A stretch of DNA of 62,548 nt, filler included, from Kipferlia bialata (GCA_003568945.1; 4 parts of 4 records of this genome joined end to end with filler, not necessarily neighbours in it), one strand, 5' to 3'. Counted from the whole stretch's first letter, positions 38,293 through 52,855 are shown. The notes: a model not told the origin generated them from the sequence alone. A program made the numbers and translations.

Positions 38293-38569
38293 CGGTATAG
38301 AGAGAGTAGTTGGGACTCTCGCTTGATCACGGTCAGAATTTTTGAAACCATAGAATCTAAGGGTTCAACGTCTCAACGGCGAAAGAGCTAACTTCAGAAT
38401 GAATCTTGCATCACCTCTTCTCAATTGAGAGTCTCAAGGACTCAGAGAGAGCACAGTATATTGTGGGTGTTGTGCTTGCAGTGACCAGTGTCAGCGAGCG
38501 CTTCCTTTTCAGGAACCGAGAGTGACAACTTCTTTGCGGGGAGTTGTCCTCAGCAACATGTGTCACTCA

Positions 38570-39215
38570 ATGATATCCTTAACCCTATTGTGTTTGATGG
38601 TGCTGCTTGGGGTCCTAGGGAGTGTAAAGGCTGGCTCTGAGGTGCTGACCGAGAGGTATGTTGTCCGGCTGACAGTGTCTATTCTTGCAGTCACCAGTTC
38701 ATTTTGTATTCATCCATCTGCAACAGTGTATGGCACTTCACATGTACATACATCTATATATGTCACTAATGCCTAGGTCAGGGACGGTGGCAGTGGACAA
38801 TGCCGAGTACACCGATCTGATGCATGACAAGGTACCTATAGCATACGAATACATCTCTCTCTTCAGTCCCCCTCACCCAGTGGTTCATCGACCCCACCCC
38901 CTGGCTGGGCATGCCCTTCCTGACCATGGCCACGCTCAGTCTGGAATGGTATGTGGGTGTCTGAACAGTATCCAGTGTATTGGTGTGTCCAGTGGCTGAG
39001 GTCTAATTATAGTATTCGACACCTATCATTCTCCATGATCTCTCCTCACTCCCAGTGAAGGTGCTCTGGAGACGGACTCGGACTATCTGTATGTATACTC
39101 TGCTGTGTGTTCCGAAGAAGAGGCCTCCTATATTACAGGTGGGTGTGTTCTGTTGGTTGTGGTTATATCAGCAATATTACCCTTTCTCTATGGCACCATG
39201 ATATCTATGCGCAAT

Positions 39216-39246
<31 letters not shown>

Positions 39247-40513
39247 CATATATATATATATGAGTATGTATATGTTGTACCCCTCGTACTGACCCTGACC
39301 CCAGAGACCCGTCTGTCCTCTCTGACTGGTGTCTTCTCCGTATCCACCACCCTCTCCATGTCAGACATGACAAGTGACGCACCTGATGTCAACTGTGTGG
39401 CTATAGTGTTCAAGAGGTGGGCGGACTCAAACTTGTGTACTATCTTGTTGTGTACATTGTGTGCATATTCACTCATTGTGTCTCCCTTGTCACAGCGTCT
39501 ATGGGTCTGTATTATTGGCTCTGATTTAGTGTCCGTTCTTGTGTATATATGTAACCGTCACATAATCTTGAGCTGCCCCTTCTACCCGTGGCCTCACCCC
39601 CAGTGACATGGCCAACAATGACTTCTCTGGGTTCTCGTGTACCTACCAGGCCAACCTGGCATCCACAGACACATACGTCACAATGGCAGGTGGGGGGTGA
39701 TGGGATCTCTCTCTCTATATATCTCTATACGAGATGTGTTCTTCAATACACTAGTTGTGTTTACGAATTATGTTTACGAGTATTTCTATACGTCAATGTT
39801 TGGCGGCGTTTATATGTCGATGGAGATACTGAGAAGATGGAGTGTCTCCTACTGCTCTGACCCCAGTTGTCCTGACCGTTGTGCTTGTGTTTGGTGCCGG
39901 TGTCTGCATGTGTAGGGAGTCTGCGACAGAGAAGAGAGAGTTCTTGGAGCAATGCGAGGTATGGCCAGTTCAGTCGGCATCGAAGGCTCTCTAGCAAATG
40001 ATATGGTGTGTATATATACCCTTCTCAAGACCCTCTGCCCGTATCACCCCAGGAGCCCATCATGCTGTCAGCTGTGCATACACACGAGACATACCCACTC
40101 AACCAGGTGGGTACAAGTATATTATATGTGTGTCTGGGGTATCACAGTGATGCGTATGACGTATTGTGTTTTGGGTCTGTTGTGCCCGACCTCCCCCCTC
40201 CCCCCAGCCCCCCCTCCCGGACCTGTCCCTGTCCCTGGAGGACATGGCCCCCACCGCACCAGTGGCCATCCCGTCCCACCCCGTGGCATACCCCAAGGTG
40301 GGGTATGTGACCCATCAGACCCATCAGACAGATACAGAGGCCCAGGAGGCCAGTGACACAGAGTCAGACGATGTAAGGAAGATGGAGAGGGGCAAGGACA
40401 GAAACACCCTCTTTGCGCACACCTCCTCTGTCAACAAGGGGGGACCCAGTGGCAAGGCACTGCCTGGCTCTAGTAGGGCCACCCCCCTGCCCAGCCTCTA
40501 TCGCAAGGGGTAG
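38570..40513 (+). CDS. Hypothetical type I membrane protein (signal peptide, ectodomain, one TM helix, cytosolic tail)
   Basis: MISLTLLCLMVLLGVLGSVKA signal peptide. In-phase exons lead to the TM segment YVTMAVVLTVVLVFGAGVCMC and a Pro/Ser-rich tail ending ...PSLYRKG*. Confidence 0.65.
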
Positions 40514-40909
40514 GGGTTAGCCGGCGGTTGTCTACTATGTGGTATCCAGCCTAACCTGGTCTGTAGCTTCTTGTGGTGTGTACTTGTATTATTCTGCGAT
40601 GCGTTTTGTGTTCATTTTTGTTTTCTGTTGTTTGTGTTGCCTGGCTTCTGTTCTCTACCGTGTTGGGACGTTTGTCTGTTCCTCACCCAGAGGGACAATT
40701 CATATAGATTTCCACTTGTCAAGTCTATTTCGGATACTACACTTTGAAGATGTGATAGAAAGCGGGGGTCGTGGTATTGATGAATAATGGTTTCACATCA
40801 TGCAGCTATTCGTATGTATTGTTACTATATGTATTGTAGTTGTACTATTAGTTGGAGCGTGTGTGACAACAAGTAGACCTATCCCTCCTGTGGCTGAGTA
40901 CCCACTCCC

Positions 40910-43900
40910 TCACTCGAACCTGGCAATGTGTACGATGCTGTTCCTCCCGTGCGCACACTTGTATGCCGCCCCCCCCGCCACTGCACTCAGACCCCTCAGG
41001 ATGACGCAGAGTCTACCGTCAGAGACAGGGTCACCTGTCTTACAGGCCATGCGGCACGATCTGGACCGGAGGGCTGGGAGGAAGAGAGAGAGGGGGCAGG
41101 GGTGGGAGGCCACGGTAGCGGCAGTGTGTGGGAGCGACAGGCCACAGACACTGGCACGGTGGGTGACCTCATATCCCCCCTCCCTCCCGGCTGATGCCTC
41201 CAGCGCATACCCATGGAGCACGGCCTGTCTGCGCTGGGCATCTGTCTCCAGGGACCCACTCACATCAGGCCCATCCTCCACAGGGACAGCCCCCGATGCC
41301 TTCCGTCCCCTGCGGCGTCCCTCCCCATGTGAGTGCACGGGTGAGCATGTGAGTATGTGCCCTAGGTGGGTGAGAAGGTCAGGCAGGGTGGGGCATGATG
41401 GGAGGGGGGCTGAGAGGACAGGGCGGGACACCAGAGACGCCATGAACCCTGTCCACCCCTCAGGGGGGAGCAAGGCCTGGCGGTCAGGGGGAGAGGGACT
41501 TGAAGGCACAATGTATATATCGAGGAAGGAAGTCTCATTCTCATTAGAATGCATACCACCGCCTCACCTCCAGCCCTAGGTCCTGGGCATCGGGTGCCTG
41601 TCCCAGGTGTGTCCATACCCCAACCCCAAGGGAGGAGGCGTGGCACTCCCCCCCGTCCTCCCCATCAGACTCACTCTCACTGTCCACCCCAGCAGTGGCA
41701 CTCACTCTCCCAAGGCTGTCTGGGGGATAACGGCGTGCATACATACGGTCTGCATGATAGTACCTAATATATGTCTACACCGCACCCACCTGCTACCGGG
41801 TACAGTGGCCCCATCCCCCCCTTGTGTCTGCGCGACCCCTGCCCTAGCACATGCCGCAACACACGCACCAGGGTGTTGTAGCACAGGCTCTCAGCTGCAG
41901 CATGAACATCTACCGCCACCAGGTCGCCTTCCTGTGGGTCAGCGGAAGGGACAGAGAGAGGGAGACTGAGACATGGTATTAGCCACACATATCAATGAGA
42001 AACCCACCCCCACCTGTGCATTGTAACACACTGCAAATGGACCAGACCGACACAGTGGGACCAGGCCCCCCACGGCCTCAGGCCCCAGCTTCACATGTCG
42101 ATGAGACACCCTCAGGGATGGGAGAGAGGAGAGAGAGGTGTTGAAGGGACTCTGGACACGCTGGAAGGCCAGAGGTACACCGTCTAGGGACAGAGAGGAC
42201 CCTCCCTGTCGAAGCCGGGCCAGTGCACCCAGCAGTCCGTCGGTCCCAGTACTACCAGTACTGTGTGAGGGATTGTCCCGATGGGTTCTACCAACCCCCC
42301 TCAGCCGCTCTCTCTGTCGCTGGAAGTACCGCTGGGTCTCACCGTCTAGCCTGATCTCCCTCTCTCTATCTCCCTCTGTCCCTTCCTCCACCCCCCTGCG
42401 TGTCACCTTGCCCCTACCCAGCGTCAGTCTCAGCCCCTCGTTGACCGATCCCATCTGCATACGGGTGTAGAAGGGCAGCCCGGCATAAGGGTCATCTACT
42501 GATGCTGATGCTGATGCTGATGCTGGCTGGGTACCCTCAGACACAGGCTCAGGCTGAGTGGCAGCAGTAGCAGTAGCAGTAGTAGTAGTGGTAGTGGAGG
42601 ATGAGGCCTCGGCATCACAGGTACTGTCAGCACCCCCATGGTCAGCAGCAGAGGCAGGGGCGGGAGTTTCCTTGGGGAACCCACTAGGGTGTCCTTGGGC
42701 AGTCGAGACGTCTGGAGGTGTGTCTCCAACCTCTTCACTTGTGGCCCCCGACTCCCTCTCCCTCTCTCTCTCCCTCTCAATCTCCTCCCTAAACGATATG
42801 ACTGACTCTAGTATGGACAGAGAGAGTGCCTTCCAAGCACCATGGGGCACATCTGCCTCTACCCCCTTGGGATGTACTGGGTACTGACGCAGACACACCC
42901 GGTAGGGCACACCGCCACCAACTGCACTAGTAGATCTAGACGCCGTGCCTTGTGTCTCAGTGTGGCTTTGCCGCTCAGAGAGGGGTAGGGCGGCAACGAT
43001 GGAGAACTTCTTGCTGGGGTGGGTCATTATTAGAGGAAGGAAAGGACAAATACACATGGGTTGTAGGACCTCCACAAACAGTAAGACTTTGGTTTAGCAA
43101 TATAAGTGTCAGGGCGTGTTCGTACCATGTGAGTACCCCCCGTATCTGTGTGAGTGCATCCTTGAGAGGCTCAGGGGGGATGGACACTGGGCTGCCACTA
43201 GACACGATGTAGTGACCTGACATGAGACTGAAGGCGGTGTCCATGTATACAACAATCCCTCCTAACCATTAGTGACTAGATGACACTACACATACGCACC
43301 TGCATCCACCCCCCCTACGACCATACCCGCTGCAGCACCATCCTTAGTGTACAGGGGGATCAGCCCAACCCGACCCTCTCCATCTGTCACTCCCACCACT
43401 CTCTCCACCCCGCTCTGCAGCGGTGACTCCTTCCAGCCCTGGGTGCCATCTGTACCTGCCCTGACGTACAGGGACATAGACATGCACTCAGACACACCGG
43501 GGTCCAGCGACCCCTCCCCACTTACATAGCGGGCCAGGACCCAGGGGAGTAGGGCGGCCCTGACAGCGGCCATCACCTGCTGCAGAGGGGTGGAGACTAG
43601 ACACTGGCGCCTCACAGCCAGACCGACAAAAGGCACACATCTAAGTATGCACCCATACGCTGGACAAGGTAGGGGGGGACTGGACACCCCACCTCCCCCC
43701 CTGCCTGTACCCCTGCCTGGGGTGGAGACAAGAGAGCAGAGGGAAGGGGCCACGGGTATCCCCTCAGCCACAAGCCTAGACACAAACTTGGTCCCTGGGG
43801 TGAGATGGGAAGCACAGCATTGTACAATATCCCACTGAGTCTTTGACAAGAAGGAGCGTTGTGAAATGACATACACTCATATACGGTCGGTACACTATAA

Positions 43901-44307
43901 TGAATCTGCAACATGACTATATTATGGCAATATAGATCTAATGACAGAGGCACTAAATGAATGCGGGTGGGAAACAGAGTATAATACCCACCAGACACCT
44001 TCGGAGAGGGACCACCCACTGTGTGCACCGGAGTGACTCCCTGAGCCCATCACAGTACGAAGGGACCGGCCGGACGATATGGACAACACCTGTGTGTCTG
44101 AGTGGGAGAATGCCCTGAGAGGCAGGGCCCCGTCCTTGCCTGTGCCCTCTTCTGACTCTATGTCCTGCATCCTGCCTGGGGTGCCGCCCAAGGTGGCATA
44201 GAGGGTCAGAGGCGAGTGGCACAGATACACTGAGACGGAGTCTGCCCTTAGGACCCTGGCAGACAGACACAGACAGGAGACCATCTGGCCAATGTCACTG
44301 GGATCAG

Positions 44308-44360
<53 letters not shown>

Positions 44361-44362
44361 TG

Positions 44363-44415
<53 letters not shown>

Positions 44416-45882
44416 TGGCATTGAGGGCTGGAATAGGGGTGTAGAGAGAGAGACACACACACACAACGGATATCTAGGCATATACCTCGTACTGCCTTGG
44501 GAACACAACCTCGTGGGGCTCGCACCTGGACGTCAATACACAAATTTATGAATATGTGTGACAGGCGCCTCAACAGTGTTGGTGAGTCTACACAAATATA
44601 TGTATTCATGCATACCTCTGCCTAGTTGCCAGCATCACCCTTGCGCGCTCTCTCTCTATATATTTATATACACACACATATATATATATACATATATATG
44701 GTTTCATACCTCTGTCTAGTAGCCAGCATCACCCTTGCACTCTCAATCTGGGCCTGGCGGTTCTGGGGGTGAGAGGCATATACGATATACATATACTATA
44801 TATGTATATACATGGTGTATTCATATATGCAATACCTACCGCCTCTGTGTCATCCTCCTCTTGACAGTGGTATTAGTGTGTATAACTTATATACTCCAAA
44901 AGATACAATAACCACTCTATATTATACATCCTCTTAATGAACTATAGAGTGTACCTGCCGCCCCTGTGTGTTCCTTCTCTTGCATACACGTGTAGTATAT
45001 ATAGCTACACAGAAAATACATTATACAAACACTGAAAATACATTATACAAAGTATATGACTTCGAGTACAGTACCTGCCGCCTCTGAGTGTTCCTTCTCT
45101 TGACAATGGCATTGACATCCTCATAGAAGCCCTGGAATTAGGATATATGATATATATACACATATGAATACAATACTAATATAACTATATCAGTGTAGTG
45201 TGGTATTGACATCCTCATAGAAGCCCTGGCATAAGAGAGCAGTTAAAACAGGTATATATAGATGAATAGATACACCCATACATGTCTCATGTCTGGGTCC
45301 TGCCTCAGTCTACTTTCAAAAATATATACGCCTATACATGTATACACATGTATATTTACACACATATATTCACTTCATAAACACATACACCCACCTGTCT
45401 CATGTCTGGGTCCTGTCTCTGTATAATCATACTCATATACAAATACATACAGTCATGCATATAAGAAGTTGCAAATAGTATTAACCTCCATACCTGTCTC
45501 ATGTCTGGGTCCTGTCTGAGTCTCTCCATGCGCCTGAGGGGTCAGAGACACAGAAGAATCAAACTATTAAGGAAAGAGAAATGGTACCCAATACCCAATA
45601 CAAAATTAATCCGTACCTAGCACGAGGGGTCAGAATAATATGCACAGATACATAAGAAATAGAGAATGGACCACCAATTAAATTAGACACAGCTAATCCT
45701 TATGTACCTAGCTGTCTGCACCCTCACTGGCACATTCTGCCATATGCAGCATATCACTGCATTCATTGAATACTTCTATATTATAAATAGACTAAGTGTA
45801 TACTATAGTACACACCTAGCTGTCTGTACTCTGACTGGCACATTCTGCCTGGCACATTCTATATGTATACTCTACACCATAA

Positions 45883-45913
<31 letters not shown>

Positions 45914-47014
45914 CTATATTGAGTATACAACTCCTCAATAGTGTATACCTCGCTGTCTGTACTCTCACTGGCACGTTCTGCCTAGGACACTATACCCATA
46001 AGTATACCATTATATATACATATATACCTATATGAATGTATTCCTTATATTCCTTATATAAATATGCATGAATACTAATGCAAATATGTACCTCGCTGTC
46101 TGCACCCTGACTGGCACGTTCTGCCTTGCGTCCTGGCTGGCTGTACTGGTCTGCTGGGCAGTGACAGTGTCCTGGTTGCCTAGGGAGACAAGGCCTGGAT
46201 GTAAAGAGAGCTGTAAGTGTTTACACTGGCAGCCTTACTTCTAACTACAAAATCATAAGTACAATTTTTCCCAACTTACCCTGTTTGCTTGATTTCTTCC
46301 TCATCTTGGGCTGCTGGGTCTCCTCCCTGAGGATCTCCTGGAGAGTAAGACATATATTGAATACACTGCTGTATGAATGCAGTATATATATATATATCTA
46401 TCAGAGATATAGTTATACGCTGAAGAATGTTAGGCCTCCTCGAAGAATTTCCAGATATCACTAGACAAGGTATTTAGGTTTCATTCATACGTGCGAGGAT
46501 ACAACATATACAATAATGTTACAATATATGTACCGTATCCACACGTACATTGTCTGGCTTCTTCTCCGGCCCCTCCCCATTGGCCAGCATCAGGACTACT
46601 CTCTCTCCCTCTCTCTCTCTCTCTCTATATATATACTTATACGTCAACACTATGTCATATGTACTCACGTTGTCAGGCTTCTTCTCTGGTCCCTCCCCAT
46701 TGGCCAGCATCATGGCAGTGCGGATACGCTGCATGGTGTCCTAATAGGGTTAGCTAGAGACAATTGACTATTGAAGATTCATGTCAATTCTCAATATATA
46801 TATATATCCTTACCTTCATCTGCGTGTCAATGTCCATCCCGACCTCCCCCTCCTCCTGGGCACCTGTGACACTGGAGGCAGCAGAGGCAGAAGTACCCTG
46901 AGGATTAGTTATGGTATTAATACTCTTTTCTCTCTCTATGTATACATATACATAGAGAGAGCGAGGGAGAGTCACACTGGAGGCAGCTGAGGCAGAGGTG
47001 CCCTATGGGTAAGG

Positions 47015-47061
<47 letters not shown>

Positions 47062-48296
47062 CTTGTCACACTCGAGGCAGCAGAGGCAGAGGTGCCCTGA
47101 ATATAAGACAGATGGAGAGAGAGTAAGAGAGAAGAGGAGAGAATAGTACTGTCAAACTGCAGCTATAAATATGTACCATAAACTTTGACCCACCCGCCCT
47201 GTCAATGTGTGGAAGAATGTATAGGGTATACACATAATACATATTTACAAAATCTACTACTACGACATTACACTATAGGCACCATAACCAATACCTCCAT
47301 ATACGACCAGTGATAGTGTGTCTATGTATGTCATATATATCCAGCATACCTGCCCTGTCAATGTGTGGAAGAAGGCATCCGGGTATGCATCTGCCAGGAT
47401 ACTGCCAGTGGCCCTGATATAAGGGTGTAGATAGAGGGTGGGAGAGAGAGGCAGTAGGAAAGGGGGTGGGGGTCGGATTGAGGTGAGAGAGTAGACAAGA
47501 CCCATTAGCTTAATACACTAGTAGAGGACATCAATGACTCCATTAGCTACTGGATAACGCAAAGTAAAAGAGGGATTATGCACAGCTATGGAGCAAGAGA
47601 GGAGATAATAATGGGGGAGGGGGAGGTGGAAAGAGAGAGAGAGAGGGAGAGAATGGACATTACCTCGCCTGTGCCGGCCCGTGCTGGTTCTTGTCTGCAT
47701 ATCTCTCGACAAAGGTCTCAAACCTAGGGTAAGAGCCAGAGAATACATATATGAAGGGTAGCTACTTGTTCCAGGGGTAGTTGGAGAGAGAGAGTTTAAT
47801 AGAGTGAGACACCTCACAATACATACGGTAACACCACTACTACGAGACTACATATGAGGAATGGGGGTGGGGAGTAGCCCATGGGAGAGAGAGAGAGACA
47901 GAGACTGTGTTCAGTCCAATTCAACTGAAGCACCCATCTTTCTCTCTCTCTCTTCAGTTCTCTCTCTCTCTCTTCAGTTCACCACAATGATATACAATAC
48001 AGTATATCACCACAGCTTGTCCGGCCCTCCACCAGTATATTCATGTGAGAATATGAGTGATAAAGTAGGGATGTAGTGCAACATGTCTATACAATACCCC
48101 CTCTCTGGTCAGGTGGATGTCACTGACCCATGCCTATACACTCTACCATATCACATACTATACATTCACTCTATGTACACACTATAAATACTCCTGTATG
48201 CCCATACCTCACTGAGTCATGGGTCAGGTTGATGTTCCTGTACAGCATGTTGTAGCTCTCAGTGCTATGCTTCATGCGGTGCTGGTCATCACCCAT
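40910..48296 (-). CDS. Large multi-exon hypothetical protein (possibly two genes); weak GAF-like segment
   Basis: ATG at 48296 (MGDDQHRMKHSTESYNML). Many small in-phase exons (e.g. QNVPVRVQTAR|RMERLRQDPDMRQ|GFYEDVNAIVKREE) and long open exons 43286-43800, 42012-43019 and 40910-41500. SARVLRADSVSVYL only loosely resembles a GAF domain. Confidence 0.55.
45705..46125 (-). repeat. Four copies of the exon end encoding QNVPVRVQTAR, each with a GT donor
   Basis: Copies at ~46092-46123 (real exon), 45949-45980, 45816-45847 and 45708-45739. Confidence 0.92.
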
Positions 48297-48411
48297 CTCT
48301 CAATGAAGCACTCTCTCCCTCTGTTCTCCTCTAGTATGCCTCTGTGGGCGGGGCTGATAGTAGAAAGAGAGAGAGAGAGTCCAAGCTGAGTCAATATTCA
48401 GAATTATTAGA

Positions 48412-48624
48412 GATGTTGTTTTTGGCCTACACCCTCAAGTACTTAGCCAAAAACCCAAAAGGGTGCCTATTCTCTACACTCATTCTGCTCACCTTGCTAC
48501 TCTCTATCCACGGCATGTTCACCCTCCTGAGACATGCCTACCAGTCTGTGAGGGAGAGGATGTCGTGCAATGTCACTGTGCTAGTGCTGGGACTGGCAGG
48601 GGCCGGAAAGACGACCTTGATCAG
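48412..48624 (+). CDS. First exon of a membrane-anchored Arf/SRbeta-like small GTPase (TM helix plus G1 P-loop); continuation not found
   Basis: Hydrophobic LFSTLILLTLLLSIHGMF, then VTVLVLGLAGAGKTTLIR|gtac. No G3/G4 motifs seen downstream. Confidence 0.55.
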
Positions 48625-48744
48625 GTACTTCTGGTCACCCATGTGTCCATCTATATTTACCCTCTTGTCTGCCACTGCCCTATTTGCACACATACTGATC
48701 ACTTTTACACATATACAAATATTACGTGCAGTAGCATGTGTCTT

Positions 48745-48782
<38 letters not shown>

Positions 48783-48838
48783 CCCCCCCCCCCCAGTGTA
48801 GTTATAGCTTGTGTTTATGCCATTTGCCAACTCAACAG

Positions 48839-51800
48839 GGTGTCATGGTCTATACCGCCTGGGGGCACACACTGTAGCGCTGGAGGTGCTGAAGCACTAC
48901 GGACATAATCACTATACCACCGTATTTGCTCTCGTGGTTTTGCGTGCGATAGCGGAAGGCAAGTATCACCCCCAATCTTGGATATTGTCTATGAATGTGT
49001 GTATATTCCCTTCCCTTCCATTAGTAGTTGTTGGCACTGGAATTTTCATATCCTGTGTCCGCCCTCGTGTTCTACTGTTGGTGATATTGTCTTATCCCTT
49101 GATACTTACTTATCACTGGGTATCTCTATGTGTGTGATTAGACTATAGTCTAGAGTATAAGGTATAGAACAGTTTAGTATTAGTGGCATCCTGATTCCCG
49201 GGACTAAGGACTATATGTATATAGGTAGGAATGCATACATTCATTATGTTCTCTGTTTTTTCTCTGTTCTCCCACTGACTTCAGGCACCCCAGAGCTAGA
49301 AGCATGCGAGATACACAACAGCAAGGTGGCCAAGACAGGTGCACAAGTGATCACCATATTGTGTTGTAGATTTGGTACTTCATCGCAATGATGATAGTAT
49401 TTCTTCCCGTCTAATTACAGAGGAGCGTTACCGGGCTGAACTGGTGTCCTTAGGTGCAGTGAGGTGGGTGGTAGGGGCCCTGGTGACACTAGGGGTGCCC
49501 CAGTACCCGTCAGAGTTTGCCACTCACGGCGTCGGCTTCCATCTGCTGGACATGCTGTGCCATCTAGGTATGAATGCATATGTACAGCTACTCAGATGCA
49601 TGTAACCTTTGTACTCTCTATAGGTAAGAACATCACCTATTCTAAACCCAGCCCCCGCCTCCCCCCGTCTTCACACCAAGTCATTCCTAGCATACCTGGC
49701 AGACACTGTTAACACGTGCAGCTCTGACACCCTGCTTTGGGTGTTGTCCATTATACGCAGTATCATGGAGTTCGATCGTAGAGGTACATTAGAGCTAGAT
49801 ATGCCTATTTCTATCGTGCGCCCTTCAATAGGGTGATAGTTTGGTACATGTGAGCGTAACCCAATATATCAGACATTGTAAGGCTCTGTCTTCTACCCCC
49901 GCCCCCATTCTCGCTACACCCTCGCCTCATGGCCAGACAGTGTCTCTTTCAAGTCTGGCATGCTGCCTAGCCTCCTAGGAGCTCTAAAGAGGCTACACAA
50001 GGTGGTCCAGAGTCGGCCTGAGCTAGATGACACAGAGTATGATGCACTCATGCAAACAATGGGTGCAGTGTCCATAGCAGCAGGAGGTAGGACCTAACAG
50101 TTACCCAAAGTGGGCCCGTGGTTCCTGCGCTTGGAAGTGAGAAGACAATCCTCCGACTGTTGTGCTCCATTCTTGAGTACTGTAATTGTACTGGTCGTTG
50201 TCGTATATTCTCTCCCTCCCTCTGTCTCTCAACTACCGTGGTGAATATTTCCCTCTGATCATATATATACACACACAGACGTCGATATAGTAAATATATC
50301 GATGCGGTATATCACCCCAGCCAACGGGCCCCTTGCCATCTCCCTCGGTGTCCACCACTTTGCAATGGCCGCCATGGCCACCCCAGGCCTACCCGTTGAC
50401 CTGTGCGAGGGGTTTGTGTCCGTGATCTTGGGGGTGTCCGGGGGTGGGTGGCCTGGGGTCTCTGTGTATTGTGATATTGTACACACTAGTGTTCAAATAT
50501 TGGTAATCTCGTACTTTACACGCCTGGTATACGGTTGATAGGTTATGCTGTGTCTCTGTTTGTCAGCTTAACACTTATAGCTTGCCTGCTCTCAACGCTT
50601 ACTCCAGCTCGTGATTCCCGCGAAACCCAAGTTGCTCTTCTTGAGGTGTGACGTTGTAGCTTCTATTGTAGCCTATATTGTATCCAGTGCCTCCTGCATA
50701 CATATAGGTGCTCATGTATATACTTGGATATTGTCACTATCACCAACATACAGGCGGGTGCACTCCAGGCGATTCGGTCTGTGATGCTTACCCATCCTGA
50801 TGAGATGGGTCTAGCCAAGCACGCCATGACTGTGTTCATGGCTGTTGGTATGGGCCGGGTACTAGGAGGTATTTGATGACTCGTCTGAATCTAGTCTTTG
50901 AGTATGGGCACTGTACAGACATACAGTATGCGGGAAGGCACATTGGTATCTGCGAGATCTCTATTTCTCTTACCTCCTCCTCAGGTTCCTCTGTATATAC
51001 CCTTACCCGTAGATTCCTGCATTGGGGCTGTTGTTGAGATTGGTGTCCACAAGTGGGCCCTTCAAGCCATGTCCGACTTCATGCAGGTATTATTCATACT
51101 ATGAATGTATATATTATATATATATGAGTACAGTGTGCAGTAACACACTGGGAAATGTATGCGCCTGCGACAAGATGTGTACCCTTGTGTAAGGTGTTGC
51201 TTACGAGTTGTCTCCCAGGGCATGTACATTTTAACGTCAGCCAGAGGCCTGGAGTCTCTGTCACTCCTGCGCCTCGATACTGATGAGGTGCGCCAAGGCA
51301 GGTATGACGTGGTGAGTATGTACATTCAGAACCTGGACCGACCACACGTCTGGCATATGTTCTATTCGTCGATTGCACTCTTGCTACATCTAGACATCTG
51401 GAGTCCTTGGTGTCAGTAACAGTTTCACTATCCGTATCGGTTACCGGTTCTTCCTCCACCCAGACCCCGTTGCTCTTGAGTGTGTGCTCGAAGAGGACAA
51501 TGTCCGTACCCTCCTGGCATCGCTCAACATGCACAGGGCACATGAGGGGCCGGCAAAGATCATTGTGCTTCTGTTCCAGAACATGTTTGCCATATGTGGT
51601 GAGTGCAGACCATTCACATACAAGTATACCACTATATGTATACGTGGAAGGTAGTCTGTATTGCACATATCAGTGGTCCCTTTTCCATGTTATTACGTGT
51701 AGCAGCCGGCAACTGGCAGGTTACCGCCAGTATGTAGATGTTTTGTGATTCTACTATTATCCACGAACTATATATGGTGATGATGGGATATATAATACTG

Positions 51801-52709
51801 TACGATCATGATGTACAATAGGAACTCATCCGCATGTATATAAGTTGTATATATGTTGTATATATGTTGTATATAACCCCCCAGATGACATGAGAGTACT
51901 GGCCGACCATAACATCGGCGACTGCATTGGCAGTGCCTTGGCAGAACACCCACAGAATTTCGAGATCCGGAGGTGCTACGAGTTCGTAAAGGTGATCAAT
52001 TTTCCACCTTGTTGTTTCCATACCTAATAGTGAGTACTTGGTAGTGATTACTTCGCATATTCCACTATAACTCTTCATACCCTGACTATAATTATCGGGA
52101 ATCTGTTCACACCTACTCACAAACCACATCAGTACTCTCAGTATAGCTGGTGTTGTCTTGGAGTAACACGGTTCCACTCCATCCATGCTAATATCCCAGA
52201 AGAGCGAGGACCGCATGGCTCATGGGGGTTTCTGCCGGCACTGTCAGCTGGAGCACGGGCAGGCAGCATGTGACGCTGTCCTAGAGAGAGAACCGCCACG
52301 CAACGAGGTGTGTAAATGTAGTGATTGCAGAGTTTGTTCCTGTTGGTTATCTCGTTGCGGTCAGGGTTCTACATCCATTGGATATACATTGGATATTATG
52401 CCATAACCTGAGTATGATACCTCCTGCATTCCATTGATACTCCCCTCTCCATACGCTATGATACCCCCACCTCACCCAGGTCGAGGAGTGGCAGAGAGGT
52501 ACCATGTACGGGGACCCCCAGTTTGCAGAGGACGCCCTCGACCATCTACTCATGAACAATGAGACGGTGGAGGATATGGTGAGGCGGCAGCTGGGGCTAC
52601 GCTTTGGGGAGACACTCCATGGTGCATACAGGCACTATGGTGACCTCACCCTCTCCCCCCACTCTGCGTGTGTGGTCTACCTCCCCACTATGGGTCAGAA
52701 GAGGGTGGA
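48839..52709 (+). CDS. Helical ARM/HEAT-like repeat hypothetical protein, multi-exon, truncated at contig end
   Basis: Exons with recurring ARM-like segments (LYRLGAHTVALEVLKHY, LVSLGAVRWVVGAL, AGALQAIRSVMLTHP, VEIGVHKWALQAM, LADHNIGDCIGSALAEHP) joined by GT-AG introns. Confidence 0.55.
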
Positions 52710-52809
52710 NNNNNNNNNNNNNNNNNNNNNNNNNNNNNNNNNNNNNNNNNNNNTTAATTAATTAANNNNNNNNNNNNNNNNNNNNNNNNNNNNNNNNNNN
52801 NNNNNNNNN
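52710..52809. other. Artificial contig-joining linker
   Basis: N-TTAATTAATTAA-N. Confidence 0.97.
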
Positions 52810-52855
52810 TTTTTTCTCTCTATATTTTTATATCCCCCCCCCCCCCCCACCGCAG

